From assembly GCA_973851085.1 (NCBI GenBank), contig OZ316776.1:8246001-8310000 (forward strand): a stretch of 64,000 nt of DNA, written 5' to 3'. Below the pieces are notes generated by a model, which saw only the letters and a list, made by a program, of their open reading frames with translations, ran no database searches and was not told where the DNA came from. The DNA is from Ptychomitrium polyphyllum. Its lineage: Eukaryota. The stretch's first letter is position 1; every line of letters starts with the position of its first letter. Position numbers and translations under genes: made by a program. Shown here piece after piece: positions 26,315-45,960 of this stretch.

Positions 26315-28972
26315 AGCTGAAATAATAAATCAGTTCATCACATTTACGTTTGTGTACATAAAGTACACATCAAACAAAATACACATTATGCGAACTTCAA
26401 TGTTGTTACATACTTCATTGAATTCAATGCAATGGTATGTATTGATGTGATATTCTAAAGAAGTAATGAAAGTTCATGGTTTGTCCATTTGTTTTGAAAC
26501 AATCAATTATCAAAAGCTCGAAATTTTATTTTATAGATAAAGCCAATTAATTACAATTGTTTATGCAATGAAGGTATAATGTTGAAATTGATTATCATCT
26601 TTTATGTACTTCAAAAATAAAAAATTTCATTTTGAAAAACAAGATTATAAAAGAAAATTATCAAATTTCAAATACAACCTTTAATATTGAAAATGCTTCA
26701 ATGCCTTTAAAAGTATAATAGTCTACAATGGTTTCACTTTAATATCAGTTAGTTAATTGCTATTTTGTTTTAACAAAATCTAAAAGCCTATTCAATTTAT
26801 ATTTGACATTTATTTCACTCTTACATTTACATACCATTTATTTTAAACTAAAAATTTATTCTTATAATCACGTCACATTTGTCCGCTCGCACATTTATCC
26901 ACACAACCACCTGCACATCTCTACATTTGTTTCCACACATCAGGCTTACTTTTTACTTTTTAACATATTAAAATATTTTATTAATTTTTTTAAAAAAAAA
27001 CGTCTTTTATTTAATGGTTTTACCTTTACATTTTGATTTTTTTTTTTTTATCAATTTATTTTATTATTGTACAAAAATCCAAATTAAATACCATTGATTG
27101 AAGATGTGATGGCTATTTTATTTATTTTCTTGCAAAATGAATTGTTTGCTCCCAAATATGCGATGCAATTATAAGCATATATATATATATATATATTATC
27201 TTCTATGAATTATAACTTTATAAGTGTTGTTAAGTACTAGTGCATTTATTATATCCTTCAAAAGAAACATATAACATACCACAAAAAATTTCCATTGTAT
27301 TTTATTATAATGTACATGCCTTTAAATTATGGTTATCAAAATTTGGCTAAATTGTTGTATATATGCATGTATACACATATATACCAAAACAAAGTTCATA
27401 GTAAATGCAATGGAATACAATTGATGAGAGCATAATGAATGTGAAATTAGGATGATCTTATGGAATTTATTTATTGAATATTGTTTTGAATTTTGATGTG
27501 AGATGTTATTTTTGCAATTTTAAGATAAAAAAACCAAATTTGGTATTAAACAATATTAAGAGCCATAATAAAATACTCTCATTGATTATTTCAAATTGAT
27601 TGTAAAGTTAAGTATTTGAAACATGTTTTGTAAACATAAAAATTATGTGCTTATACATGCATATGATTGAATTTTTCATTATAGATAATTTTCATGCCTT
27701 AATAAACCATGTATTTTAAAATTGCTTTAAACAACAAAGGACTCATAATCAAATGTATGGTCTAATAAGGCATATTTTTGCGCTTGAAATCCAAACTTTT
27801 CTTTAATAATAAATCATTTCCTCATATATTAAATTCAAGTAATGGAATTTAATATATTGGTTGTATATATAAGGAAGTCTTTGAAATAAAAATTTGCTAG
27901 TTGCAATACAATATAATTAAATTTTTTGATAAAGCTCAAAGTACTAACTATTGACCTACATTATAAATATTCTTTGATGTTCTTAAATATTAATGGTAGA
28001 TGGATAATTGAAGTGATTAGAGCACAACATTATGGAAGAATCAGAAAATAAAGAGGCTCTTAGTGGATCAATATAGCCAAAGGATTTTATGTTGAAAAGC
28101 ATCTAAAATGAAAATTAGACTTATTTAAAGCCTCTTAAAAATCGCTACAAAAAAATTCCATCAATATATATTCCAACACAATATCAACCTAAAAAACATT
28201 ACTCATTATAATCATCTTTGATCTATAAACAATCCATTGTTTATATTAATATTCAAAAAAATTGCTTCTAAACTAAACGTCACAAAATTTGTTATATATA
28301 ACTACTAACAAAATTAAATTAAATTTACTAAAAATTGCATTTAAAGGCCCAATGGAATTATATAATGTTAAGCTATCTATACTTTGTTAGGTAAGTACAA
28401 GACTTCTTTTATAATAGGTTAAGATTCTTTTGTTTTACTCAAATTTAATCCACTTAGTTCAACTATTTATTTCAATCATATGCTTCATTTTCAATTTATT
28501 AAACCACTTCAATTCAACAATCCATGGTTTCTATTTTAAAGAGCAATAAGCTTTCAAATTCTATATTCTTGTAACAAAAGTTAAGTAAAAGCACAAATTT
28601 CAAACTTCATTTCAAGAAAATTCTTCAATTACATGTAATGAATCAAATCATGTAATTCAATTTCTACCAAAATTCAATTTTCAAGGTAGACATAACAATT
28701 TTGTGCACATAATGCATTCTCAATACCTTCCAAATACACTCTAATACACTAATCTCTTAATAGATAATTTTGCACTTCTATATCCATTTTAAATACTCAC
28801 CAATATAAATTCTTCACAATAATGCTTCATTCCAATATCAACTCAAATTTTCCAACAATCCATCTTTTATTCCTTAAATCTTCATCCTTTTGGATTCTTT
28901 GGCTACTAAGAAATCTTTGAAAAAATTACAAAGGACTACTATCATTTGGTCACTTGGAAATTCAATACCATG

Positions 28973-29573
28973 TGTCACGCACATAAATCAAGCAACATAG
29001 TCTTTAGAACATTCTAGAACCTTCTAGTATACTAAAATATTTTCTTAGAATACTTTTAGATGTCTCCATAGCATTTTTTATGTTTTTAGGAAGCTTCCTA
29101 GGAAAGTTCCTCCACCTTAAGAAACTTCCTAGGAAGGTTCTATCATCTTAGGTTACTTCCTAGGAAACTTCCATCACCTTAGGAAACTTCCTAGGAAGGT
29201 TCTACCTCTTCAAGAAACTTCCTAAGAAGGTTCCGCTACCTTAGGAAACTTCCAAGGAAGGTTCCATCTCCTTGGAAGCTTCCAAAGAAGGTTCCAATTC
29301 TTGGAAGCTTCTTGAGAAGGTTCCTTAGACTTCCAGAACATTCTTAAGTCTTGTAGGAAGCTTCTTTAGAAGTATCATAGGAGATACAAACGTCCTAGTA
29401 TAAATAGGAGGCAAGATAAGGTATTCCTTAGTCTTGCCAACACAAGTTGTGGATCATCTTGAATCCTACCTTGTTCTAGTCTTTGTATCAACTTCTTGTT
29501 AATCATTAGCTCTTTGGAAGCTAATTCTTGGGAAACACTTCGTTTCTGCTTCTTGTTTCTTGTGTCCCTAACA
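28973..29573 (+). repeat. 5' LTR (601 bp)
   Basis: Direct repeat of 34966-35566 with about 12 substitutions by hand count; TATA box tataaata at 29399-29406. Confidence 0.97.
29087..29330. repeat. Array of about 33-bp quasi-palindromic units (ttaggaaacttcctaggaaggttc...) in LTR U3
   Basis: About seven degenerate copies are visible; the same array recurs in the 3' LTR. Confidence 0.8.
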
Positions 29574-29575
29574 GT

Positions 29576-29587
29576 TTGGCAAGACTA
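29576..29587 (+). promoter_or_regulatory. Self-priming primer-binding site (Tf1 type)
   Basis: ttggcaagacta lies 2 nt after the 5' LTR and is perfectly complementary to tagtcttgccaa (29429-29440), which sits just downstream of the LTR TATA box. Confidence 0.8.
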
Positions 29588-29808
29588 CTTTTCATCTTTG
29601 TCAGAGCTAAGGTTCTTTGAAGAAGATTGTGGATTACCCATCTTCTTTAGGATTCCATAGCATTTTAGAGGTTGCGGATTACCCTCCTCTAAGCTGGCAC
29701 CATAGAGTTGGTTTCTCCTTCTAGAATCAAGTATTACTTCTTTCAAAGTACGTGGATTTCCTCCTTTGAAGATACTCATACTCTTTCTGTCTTTGAGAGT
29801 CTTAAGAA

Positions 29809-30828
29809 ATGGATAATGTGCCTGGAACATCAGAGAATAGGTTTGCAACTATTGCAGACCTTCAAGAATTATTAAACACAGTTCGAACGGAACTCGCCCG
29901 TTTTAATACTACCAACAATTTGGAGCAACACACTCGACAAATTGAAGAATCCAATGGTGATATTCAAAGCCTATATCAAGAGGTTGTTCGATTGCGAGAG
30001 GCCAATATTGGAAGAGAAGGTTTCCGTCGAACCCACTCAGAGCCAAAGATTAGTATACCAGACAAGTTTGATGGATCAAGATCGAAATTGAGAGGCTTTG
30101 TTTAACAAGTAAGACTCTTCCTTAGTTTGCATCAATCTCGCTATCCTGATGGCACTACTCAAGTGGGATTTGTGGCCACTCTTTTATCAAACAATGCACT
30201 ATCATGGTTTGCACCACTAATGGAGAAGCAGTCACCATTATTGAACAACTTAGATGCTTTTATAGAAGCATTGACATCTACTTTTGGAGACACCGACCGA
30301 GAGAGGGTGGCTGAGACAAGGATCCAAAGTCTCCAACAAGGGCAGCGCTCAGCTGCTACATATGCTACAGAGTTTTGACAATTAGCTTGCGACCTTGATT
30401 GGAATGATAAAGCCTTGGTCACAAGATTTCGATGGGGCTTAAGAGAGAATGTCAAGGATTTGCTACTCACAATGCCAAGAGTTGAAACATTGGACGAATT
30501 CATCACTCAGGCAATAGCATGTGACAACAGATTATTTGAGAGGCGCCAAGAACAACGCTTGGAATGACGACCAGTACATCAAAGCATGGGTACCACTTCT
30601 TCAAGAGTATCCAAAAGTCGACCGCAAGGACCAGAACCTATGCAAATTGATGCTGCCCAGTTCAGACGCTTGACTCCAAAAGAAAAAGAAAGGCTTCGAA
30701 GAGAAAACCTCTGCTTGTATTGTGGCAAGTCTGGACATAAAGTGCGCGACTGCCAAATCAAAGGATCTGCTTTTAAGGCTCAAAGTACAATGGTGGAGTT
30801 GGAAAACGAGGCTGTCCAGTCACAGTAG
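29809..30828 (+). pseudogene. gag: Retrotransposon gag with in-frame premature stops
   Basis: EPKISIPDKFDGSRSKLRGF, capsid-like LQQGQRSAATYATEF, PEPMQIDA, zinc knuckle CLYCGKSGHKVRDC; one reading frame interrupted by three stops. Confidence 0.9.
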
Positions 30829-33800
30829 GGACCATGCGATTGGACACCACAAGGAAACCACCATCAAATCAAGGTCTCTTACTACCTTCGAACCCTACCT
30901 CTTGTTTTACATTTCCTATCAAAATTAAATTGTTAGATGATGAAATAATTAGCGAGGCTCTCTTAGACACTGGTGCAACGGCATGTTTTATGGACACGGA
31001 TTTTGCAACCAAACATCACATGGTGCTTGTGAAGAAAAATATCCCGCACCTGTTGAAGTTATTGATGGACGATCTCTTGCGTCTGGCAACGTTATTGAAG
31101 AAACTCAACCATTGGAAATTATTTTAGGAGACCAGGCATCTAAGATTGTCTTCAACATCATTCAATGCCGAACAAATCCTATTGTTTTGGGCCTTCCTTG
31201 GTTTGAATTACATAATCCAGACATTGACTGGCGCTCACGGAGTGTGGTCTCAAGGAAAAGACGCCAAGGTACAAGAAATCTTGGGCCATCGTTTATTGGA
31301 GCTAAGGCATTTATGAGAGCGGCGAAGGATGAACCAATCTATGCCATTTATGCCACGCCAATGTCTAGCTCTATAATAGAGATTAATCAAAACATACCTC
31401 GTCAATATCAAGATTATAAAAACGTTTTTGAAAAGAAGAATGCAGACATGTTACCAAAGCACCGGCCATACGATTGTACCATTGAGTTGCAAGAAGGAGC
31501 CCAACCACCTTTAGGACCTATTTATAACTTATCACAAACGGAGTTGGCTGCCTTGAGAGAATATATTGATGAAAACCTTGGAAAGGGTTTCATTCAACAT
31601 TCTAAATCACCTGCTGGAGCACCCATTCTATTTGTAAAGAAGAAAGATGGATCATTACGTATGTGCGTGGACTATCGAGGCCTCAACAAAGTAATAAAAA
31701 AAAATCGCTTTTCATTACCATTAATCTCAGGACTCCTACAACAACTTGGCCAAGCAAAGATATTCACCAAAATTGATCTTAGAGGAGCCTATAATCTTGT
31801 ACGCATCAAAGAAGGAGATGAATGGAAGACAGCTTTTCGATCTAGGTATGGTCATTTTGAATACAATGTCATGCCTTTTGGCCTTACTAATGCTCCCGCA
31901 GTCTTTCAACATATGATGAATGATATCTTCCATGAATATCTGGATGATTTTGTGGTCATCTACTTAGATGATATTTTGATATATTCAAAGGATGAAAAGA
32001 CCACGAATGTCATGTGTAAATGGTCTTAGAAAAACTACGCCAGCGAGGATTATATGCCAAATTGGAGAAGTGCCTTTTCCATGAATCATCGGTTGAATTT
32101 TTAGGCTACATCATTTCCAAAGGAGGAATCCATATGGATAAGAAAAAAATAAGCACTGTCACAGAGTGGAGTACGCCAAGATCAATTCGAGATGTTCAAT
32201 GCTTCTTGGGATTTGCAAACTTCTATAGAATATTCATCAAGAATTATTCTAAGATTGCGGCACCATTAACACATCTTACAGGGAAGCAAAATTTCATTTG
32301 GAATGAAGAGGCGGAAAAAGCATTTCAAAGTCTTAAGAAGTCATTCATGTCGGCTCCAATTCTAATTCATCCAAATCCATCAAAGCCTTTTTATTTGGAA
32401 GCGGATGCCATAGATTTTGCGCTTGGCTTAGTACTCTCACAATATGATGAAGACGGGAGACTTCACCCTCTTGCCTTTCGTTCAAGGAAGTTCTCAACGG
32501 TAGAGATCAACTATGATATACATGATAAAGAACTACTTGCAATTGTGGATGCGTTTGAAGAATGGCGACACTTATTGGAAGGAGCTCAACATACCATCAC
32601 GATATACACAGACCACAAAAACTTAAAGTATTTCATGAGTGCGTGCGTTTTGAATCGCCGTCAAGCAAGGTGGAGTATGTCGCTTTCCAGATTTGACTTT
32701 GTCATTACCTATCGATCTGGTAGCTTGCAAGGTAAGCCAGATGCCTTATCTCGAAGATCTTATTTAGCTCCTCAACCTGGAGATGATGTTTTGAATCAAC
32801 AAAGGACTATTTTATTGAAGCCTGAGAATCTTCAATTGAAAGCAGCCATTATTACGACAACATCCCATTTTGACAAAAATCGGAAGGCTTTAAAGAATGA
32901 CGTTTTTGTTTCAAATATAAAGAAGCGCCTCAAAAACAATGGAAATCCTTCAAATAGCGATGAGGATTTTGAATTCCAAGAGGGCCTACTTTATTATAAA
33001 GGACTTTTGTACCTACCTCCAGGCCCTTTGCGGTTGAAGATCCTTCAAGCACGTCATGATTTTCCAGCAGCAGGACATTTTGGATTCAATAAAACAATGG
33101 AATTGATTGCTAGAGACTATTGGTGGCCACAAATGTGGAAGTACGTAAAGGACTTTATTTGATCATGCGACACTTGTGCAAGAGCCAAGGTACCAAGGCA
33201 CCAACCTCATGTTCTCCTCCATCCGCTTCCAGTGCCAAAGGGCCCATGGTTGTCTTTATCAATGGATTTTATTACGGACCTTCCAAATTCCGATTCTAAG
33301 GATTCTATTTTGGTAGTGGTGGATCGATTTACAAAAATGGCACATTTCATTCCATGCAATAAGACGGTAACGGGAGAAGAAACAGCCAAGTTGTTCCTAA
33401 ATCACGTCTACCGCATACATGGACTACCAGATGATATTGTATCTGATCGAGGGCCGCAATTCATTTCCAACTTTTGGAGGGCTCTATTCTAGCTGTTGCG
33501 TGTAAAGATCAATCTTTCTTCAGCACACCATCTACAAACTGATGGCCAAACCAAACGCGTGAATCAAATTTTGAAGCAGTACCTTCGTTGTAGTATAAAC
33601 TACCAACAAGACAACTGGATGGACCTCTTGCCTTTGGCAGAATTTGCTTACAACAATACGGTGCATTCTTCAACAACTCAAAGTCCATTCTTTACAAACT
33701 ATGGGCATCATCCTCGAATAGATCCATTTCAAGTGAAGCATGTTGGAAGTCCCGCAGTAGAGGATTTTGCAATTCAATTTGCTAAAATCCATCAAGAAAT

Positions 33801-34311
33801 TACCTTCCAGTTACAACAAGCTCAAGATCGTTACAAAACGTATGCAGATCGCCATAGGAAGGACCATCCAAAGTTCAAGGTTGGAGATAGCGTATGGCTC
33901 CTACGACGAAATATACAGACAAAAAGACCATCAAAGAAGTGAGACTATCAAAGGCTTCGACCGTTTGAAATCAGCAAACAAATAAATCCGGTTAGTTATC
34001 GCCTAAAGCTACCACCAAGCATGCAAATTCATCCAGTATTCCACGTATCGTTGTTGGAAACCTATAATAAATCATATATACCAGAGAGAATTGTCCCTCC
34101 ACCTCCTCCGCTGGAAATCAATAATGAAATTGAATATGAAGTGGAAGAGATCTTAGATTCACGCATCAAGAACGGACGTGTGGAGTACCTTATACATTAG
34201 CAAGGATATGACATCAATGACCGAACATGGGAACCTTCAACGTATGTAACAAACGCATCCGAGAAGGTACGCGAATTTCATCAAAGATATCCTCAGAAAC
34301 CAGGTCAGTGA
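30801..34311 (+). pseudogene. pol: Retrotransposon pol (protease, RT, RNase H, integrase, chromodomain) with frameshifts and stops
   Basis: ALLDTGA protease, [13 protein letters not shown] and YLDDILIYS, RNase H YTDHKNL, integrase HHCC and SDRGPQF, GPY/F-like region, chromodomain EYEVEEILDSRIKNGRVEYLIH*QGYDINDRTWEP. Confidence 0.93.
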
Positions 34312-34451
34312 TGATGTGTCATCAGCAGCCGTTAGCTTCATAGAGAAGTTTTTCCTTCGTAGATAAGTATAAGAAGGGAGGAGAGATATCCAAACCTCCA
34401 ATTGTATGCAGCGTTATTTCCAAGATAGATCATTTCTAGATCCTAGCCAGT

Positions 34452-34910
34452 ATGTCAAATCTTTGTGTTATCATGGATATGCGTAAAGAGCAGTTGGCCA
34501 TGCCTTCATCAACAACAGCATCTGTTGAGCCAACTCAACTTTCTCAGCCCTCGGTAACGGAGGATCTAAGTCAAGATATGAGAGGGACATCCCAACGTTG
34601 AGTACGACCTCGTGCAGAAGTATTGACTAGTCGCCCTTCACATTCCAGTCTTGATTCAAATGCTCGCGCTCTAGTCATCTTGTTAGAAATTGGAAGAATC
34701 ACCCCTGGAGGACCCGAAATCTTAATTGGAGGATGTTTTGAAGGACTTAATCAAGATCAGATCTTGGGATGGGACATTTCAACAACAGAAGTCTTGGCTC
34801 GTGGCCATCGGCATTTCTTGCAAGGACCAGTTGAGCCAGTGAATAGAGAACAACGAGCAGAGTATGTTGCTTCACTCCTTCGACAAATTTTGGAATTTGT
34901 GGAAATGTGA
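34452..34910 (+). other. Extra sense ORF (about 152 codons, one internal TGA) between pol and the PPT
   Basis: The ATG at 34452 is in frame with ORF 34623-34910; the only interruption is TGA at 34599-34601. Confidence 0.5.
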
Positions 34911-34965
34911 CAAGCAAGCCAAGAAAACAACTCCTCATGGGACTCGTCGCTAAAAGGAGAGGTGA

Positions 34966-35566
34966 TGTCACGGACATAAATCATGCAACATAGTCCTTAG
35001 AACATTCTAGAACCTTCTAGTATACTAAAATATTTTCTTAGAATACTTTTAGATGTCTCCATAGCATTTTTTATGTTTTTAGGAAGCTTCCCAGAAAAGT
35101 TCCCCCACCTTAGGAAACTTCCTAGGAAGGTTCTATCATCTTAGGTTATTTCCTAGGAAGCTTCCATTACCTTAGGAAACTTCCTAGGAAGGTTCTACCT
35201 CTTCAAGAAACTTCCTAAGAAGGTTCCGCTACCTTAGGAAACTTCCAAGGAAGGTTCCATCTCCTTGGAAGCTTCCAAAGAAGGTTCCAATTCTTGGAAG
35301 CTTCTTGAGAAGGTTCCTTAGACTTCCAGAACATTCTTAAGTCTTGTAGGAAGCTTCTTTAGAAGTATCATAGGAGATACAAACGTCCTAGTATAAATAG
35401 GAGGCAAGATAAGGTATTCCTTAGTCTTGCCAACACAAGTTGTGGATCATCTTGAATCCTACCTTGTTCTAGTCTTTGTATCAACTTCTTATTAATCATT
35501 AGCTCTTTGGAAGCTAATTCTTGGGAAACACTTCGTTTCTGCTTCTTGTTTCTTGTGTCCCCAACA
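34966..35566 (+). repeat. 3' LTR (601 bp)
   Basis: Preceded by the PPT and followed by the TSD CCATG. Confidence 0.97.
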
Positions 35567-37880
35567 CCATGTGGTTCAACAAAAAGTCAATATTATGTGG
35601 TTCCTTAAAAAATTAATTTTATGTGTTCTAATGATTTGAAAAATTAATTCAATGCACTCCAATTAATTGTCTTTCAATTATTCATCTATTTCCACCTAAT
35701 ATTTCTACTAAGGGCCTTTATTAATACAAATAATACATAAACATAATAAATACCATACTCAAATCAATTTAATAGCATACATAAAAAAAAGCAAGCTTAC
35801 TATTGTCTACGATTTAAAGCTTGAGAATTTTACACCATGGCAACAATTGCAATACCTCTGCTAGTAGGAGCTATGTTTTTTATTTTGTATATAAAAATCT
35901 AAAAAGAAAAAGATAATATGTAGGATTGGCAATTTAGGTGTTTTTAAACTTAAAGTCCATTAATACATAGTTTTCTTAATAGAGCTATTGTATCAATATG
36001 GTACATCTTATAAATTGTAAATCCTTTAAATACCAAAGACGTTTAAAGCCTGAAATGCACTTGAAATTGGTACAATATTTCTTATATCTTTAGTCTTTTT
36101 TTTCTTTCTTTTGGTGCTATCCTTCCACCTCAATACAGTCTCTTTGTCTTTTTCATGCTTTTCTTTGTTGTTTGTTATCAAACATTGTCAAATACCTTTA
36201 CAAAAAAAACAAGCCATTCACATGCACTAACATCTTCAATATCATCAATTAAACTAAGACCACAACAATAATGCCAAGAAAAACAAAAAAAATCACAAGA
36301 ATGATTAATAGATAGGTCTTATTTGCAAGGCAAAGAATAGCTAATTTAACTTCATTGCTTGCCTTAAAAAAACCAAAATTGCTACGGTTCACTTTCCAAA
36401 AGAACCTAATTGGTTTGTGAAATATAAAAACATATAATTGAAGGATAATTTATAAGTATTGAGGTTTATTTTTGTATGTGCTTTAAATTGGTTCTTTACA
36501 AAAGAATCTATAATATGATAACATATTTTCAATGACTTATTACTTTTATCATTTTAATATAAATTAAAATATAATTTAAAAAATATTTAAGGATTAAAAA
36601 ACATATTAACTTTGTAGAATCCAAAAAATTAATATAGAACCTTTTTTTGAAAATATAAGATTTCAAATTTAAAGGCTAAAATATTAATTTGGAATTAAAA
36701 TATAAGTAAATGGTGTAGTTGGTGTGATAATCAACATAAAATATTATATAATATGCTTTTTCAAATACCTTGCTATAAATTTGTTATAATTTGAATGAAT
36801 TTATTAATGTAGTATTTTAAAACTGATTGTAAAAGTTGTTCTTATTTTACAATAAATTAAACATTGACGCTTACAACTTTTGGATTTTTGTTTGGGATAG
36901 AATTATACTCACTTGTTTACTAATTTATATATAATCACTTCATATAGATGGCTATATATATGTTTTTTAAGTTTGATTCTCTAAATTCAAATTCTATTCA
37001 TAAAAGATTTTATTTTAGACTTATGGTATTGAAGGTAATTGCTAATAAATTGTCTACATTCTTCAAAGACTATTTTCAACTTTTTTTTGGAAAATTAATA
37101 TTACCATAAATGCAAGACAATACACTATTAATTAAATATGAGATTGTCATGCAAGTGAAAACCAAATATTATGTTGGTATTCGAAGTGGTTATAAGACTA
37201 TGGATATAATATTATATTCACTATAATAAAAAATTCCAAAGTTCCAAAATAATTCCAAAGATGAAATAGATTTAAAAGAAGCCAACTTTACTAAAGATAA
37301 TTGCATATTTTTGAAGTTATATAATAATTTTCTTGCCAATATATGAGCTACAATAGCCAAAAGCCATTGAATTTGCACCTGAAAGGTTTCTAGAATATGC
37401 AATTTAGCTTGATTCAAATTGAATCTATATAAACTATTATAATTCCAAAAATGTTGTTCTGTTCCATTATAATGAGTATTGTCTTATGATGTATATTGGT
37501 TACAAAAACTATTTTTTATAGTCATAAATGAATATATTTAATTGAAAATTAAAGAGATACATACACCAAGTCATTAATTTTGAGACATATCTTCATGTAT
37601 TTACTCTTATCTTTACTATTTCATTTAGAATTTTTGATGCCTTTAATTTGTAGCATATGTTAAGCTAATAAAATCAATATTAATTAAAAACCTTATTTTT
37701 ATATGAAATGATAAATGTACTATAAAAAATAAAAAAATAAAAAAAATAGAATTAAAAGGAATTAAAATGGTGAAAATGTTACATTTTTTTTAAACTTGAA
37801 TAAATAAGGTAGCCATTACATTTTTAATAAAATGATATTTAAAGTAGGTTCTTATCTCAAGAGTGAAGTCTCAAATGAAA

Positions 37881-37882
<2 letters not shown>

Positions 37883-37949
<67 letters not shown>
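37883..37949. repeat. (TA)n microsatellite, about 33 units
   Basis: Directly visible. Confidence 0.95.
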
Positions 37950-37953
<4 letters not shown>

Positions 37954-38673
37954 ATAAACAAACATATAGATAAAACTAGAAGGTTTTTTTATCACTATGT
38001 CCAAAATCCTAAAAATGAAAACTTAAAATAATGAGAAAAAAAAAGAAAAGAAGGCTCAGCTGGTTTATCATTGATGTCCAACATTCCGAAGGGACGTGAC
38101 AGGCTCTCCAAGAAATGCTATGACACATAATGTTATGACAAGCCCCTGTCAACTTGCCATAGCAACAAATTTTTTAACTTAGCTATGGCAAGTGGAATAC
38201 AACATCAATGATCACCTATTCCCTGTTCACCAAGTTATATGGCCTCTCCGACTTGTTCAGGTCCGTTCACTACATTCATCGCTCCATTCTGATACCTAAT
38301 TAATACCCGTACGTTACAGATCAGATACAGTGGTGACACTCAGGCGGGTATATGGAGACTCCAAGATTGCTACGTTGTAAGCTTGTCAAGGCGAGGGGCA
38401 CCCATTTCTAGTCTAATACCTACAAGATACACCTTTAATAGTGGTCTGATACTCAGGCGGGTATTGTATCCAGTTGACATCCGAGTGCAACCTCACAAGC
38501 TGCGTCGAGACTCTTCTCGCTTCATTGCAATGAAGTCATGGCTTGTGTTGGCGTTTGAGTCCTCTCTTGCCGCTCTGCTGCCGTCGAGCGCCTTCGCAAC
38601 CACCTGGCGGACTCAGGGTGTCAGATAATCGGCGCAAGGAGAGTTCAGCTTAGAACAATCCGAACCGGCGACG

Positions 38674-45960
<7,287 letters not shown>

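Larger units (their letters stand above)
28973..35566 (+). mobile_element. Full-length Ty3/Gypsy chromovirus LTR retrotransposon (Tcn1/Tf1-like), inactivated
   Basis: TG...CA LTRs, 5-bp TSD CCATG (28968-28972 and 35567-35571), PPT aaaaggagaggtga at 34952-34965, domain order gag-PR-RT-RH-IN-chromodomain. Confidence 0.97.

Noticed and set aside
27200..28970. Older decayed element hosting the chromovirus insertion (continuing after 35571)
   Set aside because: Plausible from composition, but no diagnostic motif or terminus was identified.
29087..29330. Palindromic repeat array resembling a CRISPR array
   Set aside because: Eukaryotic LTR U3 repeats duplicated in both LTRs, with no unique spacers and no cas genes.
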